DNA of 64,000 nucleotides, taken from positions 1 through 64,000 of the forward strand of contig CAXXFV010000010.1 in assembly GCA_963674595.2 (NCBI GenBank). The letters are read 5' to 3'. How positions within the stretch are numbered: the stretch's first letter is position 1; every line of letters begins with the position of its first letter. The notes under the pieces are model-generated. The model saw only the letters and a program-made list of their open reading frames with translations. It was not told where the DNA came from and did not search any database. Source of the DNA: a bacterium. Lineage in GTDB: Bacteria; Zhuqueibacterota; Zhuqueibacteria; Residuimicrobiales; Krinioviventaceae. Both the position numbers and the translations under genes were made by a program. Below are positions 1 through 12,757 of the stretch, piece after piece.

Positions 1-791
1 TCAATCGATACGGGTTCCGGCATTAAAGAGGTAAATGCCCAATTACTGGCAATTTGTAAATTTGGAACAGATTTGTGTAATTCAGTAACATAATGCCGTA
101 CATAATCCCGAAAACCATCCCGGCAAAATTGATTAAACTCGAACCAATAAGGGTCATCCGGAGACCTTGGAACCGATGTAATACCGGTTTTTTCATGAAA
201 AGCTTGAAGTGCTTTTTCAGAATAGTCCCGTTCAACAGCCCAGCACTCGCCGTCTATCCATACACCGTCAACACCATAATCGACAGCCAGTTCCTCGATT
301 TGAGGAATGAGTAACTCATCGACATAAGGGCTAAACACGGAAATTTTCCGCTTACTTTTTTCACCTTTTTCATTTATACAAGCCCATTCCGGATGAACCT
401 CGCAGGACTTGTCGTCCCATACGCCGGAATGATGCACATACAAAGCAACGCCTCTTTCAGCCGTTACCTCACGCCATATTTTTAAGGGATCACCGACAAA
501 ACCGGGAGCCCGATTGCCGACCTTTGTTAAATAACTGGATTGACCAGGATGCCCCTTTGAATCACACTGAACATAATCGGGATGTACCTTATCAATAATA
601 TATTCTACCATTTCACGATCAACGTTTTTACCTATTTCTTTACAATCGTTTCCCGCATGAAAGTCAAAATGAATCCCCAGAAAACTTTCAGAACGTTTTA
701 ACCGCTTGACGTTTGAATTATCCTGTGAGAAAAGATTGCCGTAAAGAAAAACCATCATCATAACAATCACGTGAAACAAAACCTTTTTCAT
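1..791 (-). CDS. Secreted glycoside hydrolase, alpha-L-fucosidase-like (GH151/GH29-type TIM barrel); 3' end beyond window edge
   Basis: Not in the ORF track because it is open at the edge. Manual translation from ATG 791: signal peptide then SESFLGIHFDFHAG...DYVQCDSKGHPG...YGVDGVWIDGECW. Confidence 0.75.
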   Translation of the reverse strand, partial: MKKVLFHVIVMMMVFLYGNLFSQDNSNVKRLKRSESFLGIHFDFHAGNDCKEIGKNVDREMVEYIIDKVHPDYVQCDSKGHPGQSSYLTKVGNRAPGFVGDPLKIWREVTAERGVALYVHHSGVWDDKSCEVHPEWACINEKGEKSKRKISVFSPYVDELLIPQIEELAVDYGVDGVWIDGECWAVERDYSEKALQAFHEKTGITSVPRSPDDPYWFEFNQFCRDGFRDYVRHYVTELHKSVPNLQIASNWAFTSLMPEPVSI

Positions 792-837
792 TTTAAATAT
801 CCTTTCGATATAAATAAAGTAAAAGTAAACAATAGTT

Positions 838-1500
838 CTAACGTACATATCCTATTCCCATTTGAATGCCTTTAAAACCGTTTTCAAGATTAACGGTGCC
901 TCGCATGGCAACATAAAATTTGTATAACATCTTGAAATTCATTTCACAACCAATACCCGTATATTCTGACCCCCGAAACGCACATATCATTATTTTTGAA
1001 ACGTCGTCACTGAACAGATAATTTATATTCATACAAAGTAATCCAAAAGATATTTCATGTAAAAAATCTAATGACAAAAACATCTTTTTCATTTTTCCGG
1101 CTCGAATGCTGATTGTCGGTAAAACAAGGTTTTCAGGTCCTTCACAGTCAATGGGTTTTATAAAGATTATGCCCGGAACAACTCCAAAATATTTACCCTG
1201 ATAATAAATCTGTGGATGAATATAATAAAACTGCTCCTCGCTGGTGTCTGCATATAATCCATTTGAACTTTCACGAACAAAACCGACTCTTACGCCTGGG
1301 AAACCATTCAGCTTATGAGGTTGAATGATAATAGAATGATAAAATACTTTTTCAGAGGTCGATTCATTAAGGACGGTTCTGTTATATCCTGAGTAAAATT
1401 GAAAATTATATCTGGTTTTAATGCTTTCCTGGGCATGCAAAGTACAATTACAAAAAACAAATATTATAACTATATCTAGCTTGAAATTTTTGATCATCAT
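838..1500 (-). CDS. Hypothetical exported/outer-membrane protein
   Basis: Signal peptide (LHA-Q), amphipathic beta-strands, ends GIGYVR. Confidence 0.6.
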   Translation of the reverse strand: MMIKNFKLDIVIIFVFCNCTLHAQESIKTRYNFQFYSGYNRTVLNESTSEKVFYHSIIIQPHKLNGFPGVRVGFVRESSNGLYADTSEEQFYYIHPQIYYQGKYFGVVPGIIFIKPIDCEGPENLVLPTISIRAGKMKKMFLSLDFLHEISFGLLCMNINYLFSDDVSKIMICAFRGSEYTGIGCEMNFKMLYKFYVAMRGTVNLENGFKGIQMGIGYVR

Positions 1501-1659
1501 TCCAACTCCTCCCTTTACTTAATCCTTAACATCCTCTTTTTCCGTTTCATTAATTCTTTTATATTCTTTTTGCTTCTACTTTGCAAGTTAAAAAGCCGGA
1601 TAAGGATCAACAAATAATATCAATGATTTAAATATAAAACAAATCTTTTCCTTATTTTG

Positions 1660-1688
1660 ATAATACAAAATATAGACCCTGTGTGCAA
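1660..1688 (-). promoter_or_regulatory. sigma70-type promoter TTGCAC-N17-TATTAT (extended TG)
   Basis: Read directly; 17-nt spacer; points at 838..1500. Confidence 0.55.
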
Positions 1689-1910
1689 GTGTTTTTCAAA
1701 AATTATCCATGTAAAAATTGACGATTATCAAATTAGAAATAAAACCAGAGAATAATTTTCAGGGAATTTTCTTATATAGTGGTTTATTTTAAAATTACAT
1801 GGATATGGATTTTACCTGCAAACCAGGAAATAATACCAATTATGTACAAAATGTTTTTGTATATTAAAAACGATATTCCTCAATCTTAATCAAATAAAGA
1901 AAGGTTCATT

Positions 1911-3962
1911 ATGAAAAAACTTTTTCTCCTTTTACTCTTTCCTGCATTTTTGTTTGCCTCTGATATTTCTGATTTTACCGGAAAATGGGAAATTATCCCG
2001 GGTAAAAGCATTGATCTGGGTAGACGCGGTGGATTCAAACTTGAGTTAAACACCAGCAACAAAAATGTAACGATTATCAAAACAATGGGACGCAGGTACT
2101 CTTACGCCGATACACTGGAATTAGTACCGGGCAAAACAATTAATAAAGAAATAACATCCTATCGGTTCCAGGGAGCTTATTATCTTGGAGTACGAATGAA
2201 AAAGGGCGATAAGCAAAAATTTACGACTCAGTATAGCCCGGAAACAAAAACATTGACTATTATCGAAGAAATACCGGTGTTAATTTCACAGGGTTCCAGT
2301 TCAATAACCAACACACACGCCTATACGCTAAATAACGATAATACGCTGACCTATAAAATAAACAGATCAAGCCGAACCGGTGGAGATGAAATTGTTTACA
2401 CCTTTAAACCGGAAGGAACAAAAAATTCCTGGTATATGGAACTTGAAAATGACTGGACCATCGACGGAAAACTTGATCAAAATGCTTTATTAATAAGCCT
2501 GCAGGGTGTGACCAACATGAGCAATCCCAATCTCTATTTCATCTATCCGGAAAAATGGGATTACAATTTTACACCAAATGTTCTCGATTATCTGAAAAAC
2601 CAGCACAATTATACGTTTACACAACTAAAAACAGTTGATCAGGCGGTAAAAACATTCAAAGATGATATAAAAGGTTATATCATTTGGGACAAAGACGTCA
2701 GAACATCTTTAATAGTCGCATTTACACTAGCAGGTCTGGAAAACAGTATTGTTGTATCTGAAGCTCAGATCCCGTTAATGGAAAAATACAACATCCCCAT
2801 GATTAAAGATTTTCGGGGTCAGTTTACCGGCCAGGATGATCTTCAAATTTACACATGGGCCAAAGAACAATATTGGGACCGATGTTCTAAAGAATGTATC
2901 GTTTGGCTTGGCGGAGAACATGGTCAAACCATGAAACCGGGTGTTGTTGATTGGGGAATGCATAACAAAGCCTTTTTTCAGGACCTTTCGTGTAAAAAAA
3001 CAGATACGGAAGAATATACGATGGCAAACGAATTATTGGCTGACCTGAAACCCATGTCAATGGTTTACGGATGGCATTCCTATAAAAAAGACAGCGAAGG
3101 TGATTTTACCACTCTTTGTTCCAGTTATGGTCATCGTGTTAGTGGATTACATACTCTTCCCAACGTGTCCTTTTTGTGTCAGGAACCAGTCACTCCGGGA
3201 TTTGAATTCAAGAATCAGCACAACATAGAACCTGGTAAAGAATATATACCGGAGAAAAAAGTTTATATCGCTTGTATTCAAACAGACTGTCTCGGACTCG
3301 GTGCCTGGACCCAGCCCGGACGCGGCGACATTCCCTACGCATGGGAAGTGACCATGAACTGGAAATGGATGGCACCGGCAATGCTGGAGTTTTTCTACAG
3401 CCAGGCAACACCAAACGATTATTTTATCGGTTCACTGGGTGGTCCCGGATATATGTATCCCCGGGCAATACCAAAAGAAAAATTGCCGGAACTGGTTAAA
3501 AAAGCCGCCTCTATGATGAAAGACCTCGATCTTAACTATTTTGAAATTATGGACCACGCCCGACTGGGTCAAAAAGAATTTAGCAACGATATTACTCTTG
3601 ATATTATCAAAACCTATTTTAAATATATGCCGGATGTAATTGGATTTGGAAATGGTTACGGTCCTTCACACACATTTTATAGCGACGGCGAACGGACCCT
3701 TGTTTCGTTTGATTATTATTTATCACAGGACAGGGCTGAAAAAGATGCTGTTGCCGACCTTCAGGAACTCATAACATTAAATAAAGAAAAACCCTACTTT
3801 TTACTGTTACATGTTAGACAATGGAGCAACATTGACAGAGTAAAAAACATTCTCAACCAGCTCGGTCCGGATGTGGAAATCGTTCCCCTGGACATTTTTA
3901 CAAAAATGGCAAACAACAATCCGACGTTTAAAAACTGGTATCTGAATAGTATTGATGATTAA
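1911..3962 (+). CDS. GxGYxYP-family putative glycoside hydrolase/deacetylase, secreted
   Basis: GGPGYMYP motif, SLQGV..N, signal peptide. Confidence 0.85.
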   Translation: MKKLFLLLLFPAFLFASDISDFTGKWEIIPGKSIDLGRRGGFKLELNTSNKNVTIIKTMGRRYSYADTLELVPGKTINKEITSYRFQGAYYLGVRMKKGDKQKFTTQYSPETKTLTIIEEIPVLISQGSSSITNTHAYTLNNDNTLTYKINRSSRTGGDEIVYTFKPEGTKNSWYMELENDWTIDGKLDQNALLISLQGVTNMSNPNLYFIYPEKWDYNFTPNVLDYLKNQHNYTFTQLKTVDQAVKTFKDDIKGYIIWDKDVRTSLIVAFTLAGLENSIVVSEAQIPLMEKYNIPMIKDFRGQFTGQDDLQIYTWAKEQYWDRCSKECIVWLGGEHGQTMKPGVVDWGMHNKAFFQDLSCKKTDTEEYTMANELLADLKPMSMVYGWHSYKKDSEGDFTTLCSSYGHRVSGLHTLPNVSFLCQEPVTPGFEFKNQHNIEPGKEYIPEKKVYIACIQTDCLGLGAWTQPGRGDIPYAWEVTMNWKWMAPAMLEFFYSQATPNDYFIGSLGGPGYMYPRAIPKEKLPELVKKAASMMKDLDLNYFEIMDHARLGQKEFSNDITLDIIKTYFKYMPDVIGFGNGYGPSHTFYSDGERTLVSFDYYLSQDRAEKDAVADLQELITLNKEKPYFLLLHVRQWSNIDRVKNILNQLGPDVEIVPLDIFTKMANNNPTFKNWYLNSIDD

Positions 3963-3965
3963 CAT

Positions 3966-3999
3966 AAAGGCCTCTTCTTTTTAAGAAGAGGCCTTTTTT
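3966..3999. terminator. Bidirectional intrinsic terminator
   Basis: AAAGGCCTCTTC / GAAGAGGCCTTT stem with T tract, between convergent genes. Confidence 0.85.
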
Positions 4000-4898
4000 T
4001 ATATACAATAATAAATTCTAACAACCGGGGATGTACCTGTAAAAACGTTTTCACCGGTAACGTCAAACAAGTAACTTGCATCTATTTTTAAATCTTTGAT
4101 AAATAATGGAAAAACAATTCCCGGGGCAAGAGTCAATTTTTGTTGTCCCTCATTTGTGGCTAGTATATCAGGTGTTGTATCAAAGACATAATAATAATTC
4201 GTTTCAAATTTGGCGGTAAACATTTTTATTTCTTTTGTCAAAACAGCATCAAAGAAAATTTCATTACCATTTTCAATTTTCTCTATGTTATTGAAAAAGG
4301 GGAAAATATTATCACTTTTGCCTGTAAAAATGTACCCGGTATCAAAGAAAAAACAAAAATCCTTAAAATGAACATCAGAATAAAGTATTATAGGGACATC
4401 ATAACTTCCTGTACCAAGCGTTATTTTTTGCTTACCAAACTTGTAATATCCAACCGGTAGTTTGAGGCCGCTCGAAATTGATAACGTATAACAGTTCGAA
4501 GTAAATATCTGCAGAACCCCGCTTACAAGGAAATCACTTATCCCCCATTCGGTTTTGTCCCGCATCGGCATCGTTATACCAACATAAGGCATTCGCAGAC
4601 TAAGCATAAACTTTTCAGAAGGCATATAGCCTATAGAAACAATATTTATAAAACGGGAATAAGTCGGGTACTCTTTCAATCCACCTGTAATATCACGATA
4701 GTGTTTAAAACGATAATATCGGAAATCATTATTTATTACAATGTCCCCTTTAGATTGTTTTATCGGATTAAAAAACAAGCGTTCCCCGGTGGTACCACGG
4801 AAATAATCACCAGCCGGCAAATATGGCCAGAAAATAATATTGGCGTATAAACCAGAGTAAAATAAAAAACAAATCGCACAAACAAATGCCCGTTTCAA
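3999..4898 (-). CDS. Outer-membrane beta-barrel, 'transporter'/MetA-pathway-like family
   Basis: GISDF..SG and GLKLPVG...LGTGSYD motifs; signal peptide. Confidence 0.6.
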   Translation of the reverse strand: MKRAFVCAICFLFYSGLYANIIFWPYLPAGDYFRGTTGERLFFNPIKQSKGDIVINNDFRYYRFKHYRDITGGLKEYPTYSRFINIVSIGYMPSEKFMLSLRMPYVGITMPMRDKTEWGISDFLVSGVLQIFTSNCYTLSISSGLKLPVGYYKFGKQKITLGTGSYDVPIILYSDVHFKDFCFFFDTGYIFTGKSDNIFPFFNNIEKIENGNEIFFDAVLTKEIKMFTAKFETNYYYVFDTTPDILATNEGQQKLTLAPGIVFPLFIKDLKIDASYLFDVTGENVFTGTSPVVRIYYCI

Positions 4899-5019
4899 TT
4901 CATTCTCCCTTTTTTAAGAAATGTATAAATCTAAAACATTTTCTTAAACAAAAAGTTCCAATAAAATGATATTGTCAAAATCAATTTTTTAAGAGGAGAG
5001 AAATAAAAGTCTTTCAATT

Positions 5020-6143
5020 TTATTCCTGTGGCCGCCCTATAAAATCAAGGACCAAACTATTAAACTCGTCCGGTTTTTCAGCGCTTAATAAATGGCCGGT
5101 TTCAAGGACGTTGACCCGAATATCTTTGATATTTTTACCAAGTTTTTTCGTGTTCTCCGGATTCCCAACCAAACCATCTTTTGTTCCGAGAAGCAGTAAA
5201 ACCGGCATAGACAGAGATTGTAACTGCTCTTGTGTAAAAGGCTGTGGACGAGCCTGTCTGGAAATGACGCCTTCCAGAATAAGCCGAAACCAATCGTTTA
5301 CCTGGCTGATAATATAAGGATCATCACCAAAGGCCCAGCGTGTGGCACTCTGCTGAATGGGTTTGACCGGAAACATGGTCGTAAAAACAATTCTTAATAC
5401 CGATGAATTGGTACCGGTATATCCCATCGGACCGCATAACACCAGTTTTTTAACACGTTCCGGGGCATATAAAGCCAGATTTGTCGAAATAAAACCACCC
5501 TGCGAGGCGCCGATAAAAACGGCCTGGGAGACTCCAAGCTGGTCCATAATATTTTTATAAAATTCGGACAGTGTTTTGCCGTCCTTTGGAAAAACATTGG
5601 CATCAGCCAGCACGCTTTTTCCGGCATCTCCGATAGTATCAACCGCATAGATGCGATAGTAACGGCTGAGTTCCTGCATATTATACAACCATGACCAGCT
5701 CGCCATAGCCGAGGCATGCAATAGAAACACTGGTTCAGCATCTGCCGCTCCGCAGATAATCACATGGACGTTGCCATATTGTGTTTGCAAATCCCTGGTT
5801 TCATAGGGCACCGGCCATTGTGTCATTTTTTGATCATAAATTGACATGAGGCCATTTTCAATTTTCACTGTTTTTATAAATGGAATAATTATTTCCCATG
5901 CCTTTAAAAATGAGGAATACAAACAGAAAAAACAATATGGGGACCAGTAAAACCACACAGCCATCCCGGCAAAGGAATATGAACAGTATCACCAAGCCAG
6001 TGCCGAACAGGAGGAATAAGTAAAAGCGAAATAATTAAAACAAAAATCGAAGGCACGTAATGCTTTGCATACAAACTGAGTAAAAATAAAAACAAGAAAA
6101 AGATCCCAAAAATCCAGCTTAATATGGTAAATAAATATTTCAA
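5020..6143 (-). CDS. Membrane-anchored alpha/beta hydrolase (carboxylesterase-like), frameshifted near 5860-5965
   Basis: GASQGG nucleophile elbow, LLHA, GH at C-terminus; ORF 5904..6143 supplies N-terminal TM helices. Confidence 0.75.
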
Positions 6144-6203
6144 TTCTTACCTCCTGTTGTTCTATACTGTTCTGATCTCATTTTCATTTTTATTCAGAAA
6201 AAT

Positions 6204-7847
6204 CTATTGTTGTACCTTCTTAACAGCCTTTAGCACATCAAGCAGATTTACAGAACCATCGCGGTTTATATCTGCGGCTTTACGCTGTTCTTCGGAATAA
6301 TCGTTATCATCCATTGCAATTTCAGCAACAGACCAAACATCATTTATGGTTATTTCATCATCGCCGTTGATGTCACCCCGGTTGTAAATAATGCAGCGCC
6401 GCATAGGCATCGACAATTCCCCATCCATATAAATTGTCCGGATTATCAGCCCGGTCCGCTGTTTCCATTAGTGCTTCCCGCAATTGTACAGGCGTCCCAT
6501 TTGGGATGCGCTTCCAGCAACAGGGCGGCAGCACCAGCGACAAGAGGCGCTGAATAGGACGTTCCGCTAACAGATTGATATTCACCCACTCCAGTCGGGT
6601 CCACAGCGCGCACACCCAATCCTCTGGCCATTACTTCAGGTTTTATACGTCCGTCAGATGTAGGCCCGGCAGAACTAAAAGAAGCAACAGTCCCCTTGGA
6701 ATCTACTGCGCCCACAGCCACAACACTATCGGCATCGGCAGGCGGATCTATGTAATACCAGGAATTTATACGATCATTTCCGGCGGAAATGCACACAAAA
6801 ACCCCGAGCCTTACCGCCATATCTGCGGCCCGGGTCGTTACAGCGGTGTTACCATCTAAATCGGAAGGATTATACCAATCCGTGTACCCAACAGAACTGC
6901 TGATAATATCTGTTCCCAAAGCTTCCGCCCATTCTGCAGCAGCAACCCCAATAGTCCTCTTCAATTGGGATCTTCATTCAGGACGACTTCTGTTTTTCCC
7001 CAAAATAAAATCCGCACCAAAAGCCGGTCCGATTAACTGATCGTCAGCTTTTCCGGCCAGAACAGACAACACCTCAGTTCCATGATTATGCTGGGTTGGG
7101 CCAGTCAGCAGGTAAATTGTTTACTGTGCTCTCATCATTATGTATAAAATCATATTCGGCAACAACGTTTATATGCTGCAAAGCGACATGGTCCCGTCTA
7201 AAGCCCGTATCAAGTACAGTTACCAGCACACCTCTACCGGTATAACCATATTCATGCACAACCGGAATATTCAATTGCTCCAATTGTGGAGCCGAAGGAC
7301 CATATAAATAAACATTGTCAGTCTTTAAGCTTTCAACCTGTTTTCCCGGATTCAGCGGAACGACTTTTTTTCCTGAACGCAGCAAATCAATTTTTTGCAC
7401 AAAAGCCAATTGTGCTACAGTGTGTAATTGGTCCCTGGGTAAAAATCCACTGACGGCATTCAACCACCGGCTGGATTTTCTAATTTTAAAACCATAATCC
7501 GACAGTTCATTTTGATAAGGTCCATATACGCGGAGATCGAAAAAACCGGTCCTTTTTCCGGTTTTTTGACGTCGCTTCAAGGTCCGTTCGGATATATTTA
7601 TATTTTGTATTTGATAAACATAGTCCTTTTGGCTAAACAAACCCTTATCTGTAAAATATATCCAAACCGGAATATTCGCCGAATCGGTTTGTGAAATATA
7701 ATCAAAAACAGATGTTTGAATAACAGGCTCTGATTTCTGTTTTACAAATTTATCATTTGCAAAACATACGAAACCGTCATCACAAAAAAGCAATATTAAA
7801 CCAATAAAAATCAATACTTGCAACATAAAAGGAAACCTCAACAACAA
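6204..7847 (-). CDS. S8 subtilisin-like serine peptidase with C-terminal dockerin-like domain; split by about five +1 frameshifts
   Basis: Catalytic VLDTG (7086..7847), HGTE (recovered after removing an extra C near 7095), SGTSYSAP (6446..6964), YGWG, then GDINGD..DIN..G.VN dockerin repeats. Confidence 0.85.
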
Positions 7848-8450
7848 CCTAAAATACCTCCATTTTTCACCATTTTTGGTTTATTTATCGTAAAAAAATC
7901 GTAAAAAAATATTGCCCAACATTTTATTTAGGCAGTTTTGGGTAGAAATATTTTTTCTGCATAGCAGAAATTTATTTCAAAGCATGTCCGGAAAAGAAAC
8001 CTATTATGATAATACTATTGTTAAAAGTTTTTTAGTCCTTTGAAATAGAACTATTGTATCATGATACTTATAAATTACGATCAATCGCTAAACGATCAAT
8101 ATTTAAATATATTGAAATATTTTATAACGAAAAAAAATTCATTTCTTTTTGGGTAATATGTCTCCAATACAATTTTTAAAATTTAACAAAGCAGCTTAAA
8201 CATGTTCGTTTTTTTATTGTAATTCCTAATTGGTAATTGTTGTACTTGCAAAGTTTTAGACCAATTATAAATTACAAGTTGTAATCATTATAGAAGTTTT
8301 CTTTTTTAAACAAATCGTTTTCGTAATGAAGTGAAGAAAACACCTTATTTTACTTTTTCCCCTCATAGGAATTAAGAAAAAATTTGTTTTAATTCCTTAT
8401 TTTTAAAGTGTAACAAAAACTTCCTTTAAAAATGGTAAAAAATGTATATC

Positions 8451-8511
8451 GGACAACGAACTTACTATGAGCAATAGCGTTTTTTGCTATTGCTCATAGC
8501 TTTTGTTATTC
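8451..8511 (-). repeat. attC-like site (61 bp) closing the helicase gene
   Basis: Minus strand GAATAAC (contains the helicase stop codon) - 14-bp IR CTATGAGCAATAGC/GCTATTGCTCATAG - GTTGTCC. Confidence 0.6.
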
Positions 8512-11500
8512 GCTGTATCCTTTTTTCATTTTATTTTCAATTGCGATTATTATATCATCTTCACTATTTTTCACTCTTCTAAGAATTATTTCTAAGTAAT
8601 CACTGCCGATTCTTCTTCGCAAATTTTCTATATTTTGGATTAGTTCATCGTATGGCTTTTTGATAGACTTATCCGGTAAAACAAGTTTTCGTAATGTATT
8701 TGTTGATAGTGTTTTGTAACGTTTTATATCTTTTAGCAGAGTATCAATAAAGGAAATATGCGTTTGATTTAATTCGTCTCTCTTTTGCTTCAATAATGAT
8801 TTTAAACTATTTGATGCTTTTTTTTCTATAGTAAGATCAGAACTGCCCGATTTATATTGCGGTTTATATACTTTTATTTTTTCATAAGATTTCCAAAATT
8901 GTTTACTTAATGAAAGTCTTCTTTCATCAAAAGAACACTTTACAAAATTAAATAATTCTTGAAAGTTTTTTTCGGAAATTTTAATTTCCCCTCCTTCATA
9001 ATTTGCAATTAGCGAAAATAACGCCATTCCTTTTTTCCTAAAAACTACAGTATTATTTTCTAAATAGAGTTTTGCTGTTTTTGTTCTGTTTGGTAATTCT
9101 TTTACTCTTTTTATAATTTCGGGATGAACTTCGTTTATCTTGTTAAACTCGTTTCTTACAATAGTTACAATATTCAAATCTTCATCTACTTCGGGGTTAG
9201 AATTGATTTTTTGAAACAAACCGCTTGCTGTTGGCTCTTCATCGGAGTCAAATATTTTGGCATCTTCGCCAAGTGCATTATGAATTAAAAACATTTTTTG
9301 CTGTGCAATTTCTCTTATTTTAACTTGGTTTGCACCTTGCTCGGTGGGGAAAAGATTATAAATAAAAAGTTTATCAAATACTTTTGTTCCAATTCTGTTT
9401 ATACGACCTACACGCTGAATAACTCTAGTAGGATTCCAAGGAATATCATAATTTATTATTAATCCTGCACGATTTAGATTTACACCTTCGGAAAGTTTAT
9501 CACTCGTTATTAAAACATCGAATTCGTTTTTCTGCTTTACATATTTTGCATTAAAATTAGCGTCCAACTCAATTGCAAATTTTTTAGTAATACTGCCGTC
9601 ACAAAATAAAACTCTTCCGAGATTTTTTTGAAAATATTCTCTTAAATGAGAAACGGTATCTGTATATTCAGTAAATATTACTATTTTTCTCATTGGTTTT
9701 TTTTCTTTGCATAAGATTTCTTTTACATTTTTTAAAACTTCTTTTCGCTTAGGGTCTTCATTTACTAAATTTAATGTTTCAATTTCTTTTTGTATTTGCT
9801 CGAACAGCTTAATATCATTATCAATATCTTTTAAAAACTTGTCTTTATACTCAAACGAATCTATTTCATAAATTGTTGTGTGCTTTGGTGATGTTTTATT
9901 TTTGGCATTCCTTTTAAATTCATCCAATGCGTTTTCAATTGCTTCCAGTGTAAAATTATCAGCTTTATCTTCTTCGTTGTAAATAGAATCAATCACTTTT
10001 CTGTCTAAAATATATTTTCCAGAACTTTCTATAAATGATTTAACCATTTTATGAGTTCGTAAAAAGCGTTTAATACTTTTATCAAAAGCACCAAAAGAGC
10101 TTTCAAATCGTTTTACTAACAATCTCCGCATAAAATCGTACAAGTTACGCTGCTGTTGGAAAGTTCTGTTTGCCTCTTCATCCTTTTCCTTCTTCGGTTT
10201 TGTTTCATATTCAAAAGGACGATAAATAGCACCGTTAAATATACCTTCTTCGCTAAAATATATTTCTATTATTCTGTCGTAAAATTCTGATTGCTCCTTA
10301 TTCAATTTATAAAATAATTCTACCGGGTCTTTAATTTCCGAAAGGTTTTGTATCTCTTTTTTATATTCAAAATCAGTTTTAAGGTCTAACCTGTTTCGTC
10401 TTATAATTACTGGTGTAATAACATTCTTAATATCGTCAGCCATTTCACTGACATTTTCTTTTGCAAGGGTAATATCAATTGGTAGTTTTAGTCCAAACAT
10501 TTTGGTATAAAGTCTCTCTGCTTTTGTTCTTTTTTCACGATTTGCCGAACTATGATTCTTTAGAATATAGGAGAGATTTTTAAAACGATAGTTATAAGAA
10601 TGAAAACGTCCTTCCAAATCGGGCTCAATAGTGATGCCCGATTGACCGGGAATAATAAATAGTTTAAGGAGCGAAAAAATATCAGCCGGCGAGTTATTAA
10701 AAGGTGTTGCTGTTAATAGAATTACAATTTTCCCCCTGCAAATATCTGCAAGGGCTTCATAGGCTGAGGTATCCTGGTTACGGAATCGATGTGCTTCATC
10801 AACAATTACAACTTCATATTCTAAGTTGTTTTTTCTAATTGATTCTGATAAATTCTCAATATTACCTGTGCTTTCAATATCCCAGTTATAGAGCTTAAAT
10901 TTATTCCAATACTCATACCATCCTGAATTTTCTTTTCTATCCCCAATCAATCCGGGTGGACAGAGAATTAAACCTCTTTTGCCGAGTTGGTTTGCAATTA
11001 AAGAAGCAATAACCGATTTCCCCAAACCTACTACGTCGGCTATTATAACACCATTATAGGTTTCAATAACATTTAATGCTTGATTTACTGCGTCTATTTG
11101 ATAAGCGTATTTTTCAAAACCGTTTTCTTTAAGAATACGGCCGAGGTAAGGGTTTACTTTTTTATTTTCATACAATTCAATATAAGTTTTTAAGATATAT
11201 GCATACGCTTCGTATGGCGTTATTAATGATGTTTGTGTTTTATTTTGTAAAAAATCAAGGATGATTTTCTTACCATTGGGGGCTTCACTTATTGGGATTG
11301 CTTTGTTCCATAATTCATCAAAATAATTTTCTGCGGTTTCAAAACCATAATCTCTAATTTCAACATTAAACTCTTCCTGCCTATGTAAACCTGCTTTAGT
11401 AAGATTACTACTTCCTGTTATAAATTGTCCTTCAATATTAAATAAACTTTGAAATTGGCTATCTAATTTAAAGAGATAAACCTTTGCGTGATTTGGATTA

Positions 11501-11890
11501 AGTGTTTTCTTAATTGTTAAGCGCCCATCTTCAAGAAGTTTAATAAAAAACTCTATCTGATTATAAAAAATCTTCATTATCCATTTCAGCATTGTTTATT
11601 GCATAGTTAAGTGATTTTATGAACTGCGTAAAGTGTTCTTCTCTGCTTAAACTATCATCTTTGTTTTCAATCTCAACAATTCTGGATAGATATTTATCGA
11701 CCTGAAGACCAACAAGAATATTAAGTTTTACTTTATTATTTTCCTGTAATTTTTGATAAATTTCTTGCCAGCCGGAAAAATAAAAGAATCCTACTAAAAA
11801 TTTTAGTTCACTGCTTGCACTTATAAGTTTTTGCAAACGGTCTTTTAGGGATATTGTTTTTTCTGTGTTTGTAATAAAATTATTTATCAT
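8506..11890 (-). CDS. PLD-family nuclease fused to SNF2/SF2 helicase; one frameshift near 11565-11590
   Basis: VGFFYFSG (11561..11890), HAKVYLF and GSSNLT (HKD-like), ADVVGLGKS, DEAH, TATP, SEGVNL, QRVGRINR. Confidence 0.85.
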
Positions 11891-11894
11891 ATTT

Positions 11895-12756
11895 TTATAG
11901 GTTTTTATTCAAAAATTCTGTTAATCCGTTAATGACATCATCCACATTGGGTAGATCTTCTTTAGGAATTTGATGTTTTAAACTACTCTCCCAAGCAGTT
12001 TTAATTATCTTTATTGATCCGGTATTTATTAACTGCTCAACATTTTTGTATTCTAATCCTTTAAATTCCATCTTTGATAAAAAAGCTGATTTTATTTCTT
12101 TGCAATCCTCCTCCTTAAATGAACTTTTCAAGTTGTAAATATCATAATAATCACGCGGAGCAGTATATGAACGCTGAACCAATGATCTAATTTTTTCAGC
12201 AACAACTTCTTTCAAATTGTAACAATATATTTTACCCACTTCCATTTAATAGCGAATCTGAATAAGGATGAGTTATTTCTCTTAACTCAGGTTTAGAATA
12301 CCATTTTTTCGTATAAAGTAATTTCTCACTTTAATATTTGTCATCCATCTTTGCGGACTTGGCGGGCTCTTGATTTTTAGAATGATTTGCTCCCCAATAT
12401 GCTAACTTTGCCTGGTATCCGGTTAATTTGTCTTTATACCTAAGTTCAGAAATTTCTTGAATATGAAAGAGAATTCCAGAACTATGTTTAACTGTTTTAA
12501 TTACATCATTCAATATTTTACGAGTTAATTTGTAATCAGTAGTTCGTGAAGTAAAATCTAAATCTTCTGAAAAACGATAATTTGGTAAGTAACATTTGCG
12601 AAGTGCTGTTCCGCCTTTAAAGACTAATTTTTCTTTATTTTCATCTAGTGAATAAAATGCCGAAAGGAAATGCCCCAACACCCAATCTTTATCAACCGTA
12701 TCGGGCGGAACTTTCCACTCAATAGATTTATCGGTTATTTCCTTTTTTAGAATCAT
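11895..12756 (-). CDS. abiEii: AbiEii/AbiGii-family nucleotidyltransferase toxin (type IV TA), frameshifted
   Basis: DKDWVL, FKGGTAL, RFSEDLDF in 12331..12756; AEKIRS...RDYYD in 11895..12245. Confidence 0.85.
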
Positions 12757-12757
12757 T

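Noticed and set aside
3966-3999. Hairpin as an attC site
   Set aside because: No AAC/GTT cores; ordinary bidirectional terminator.
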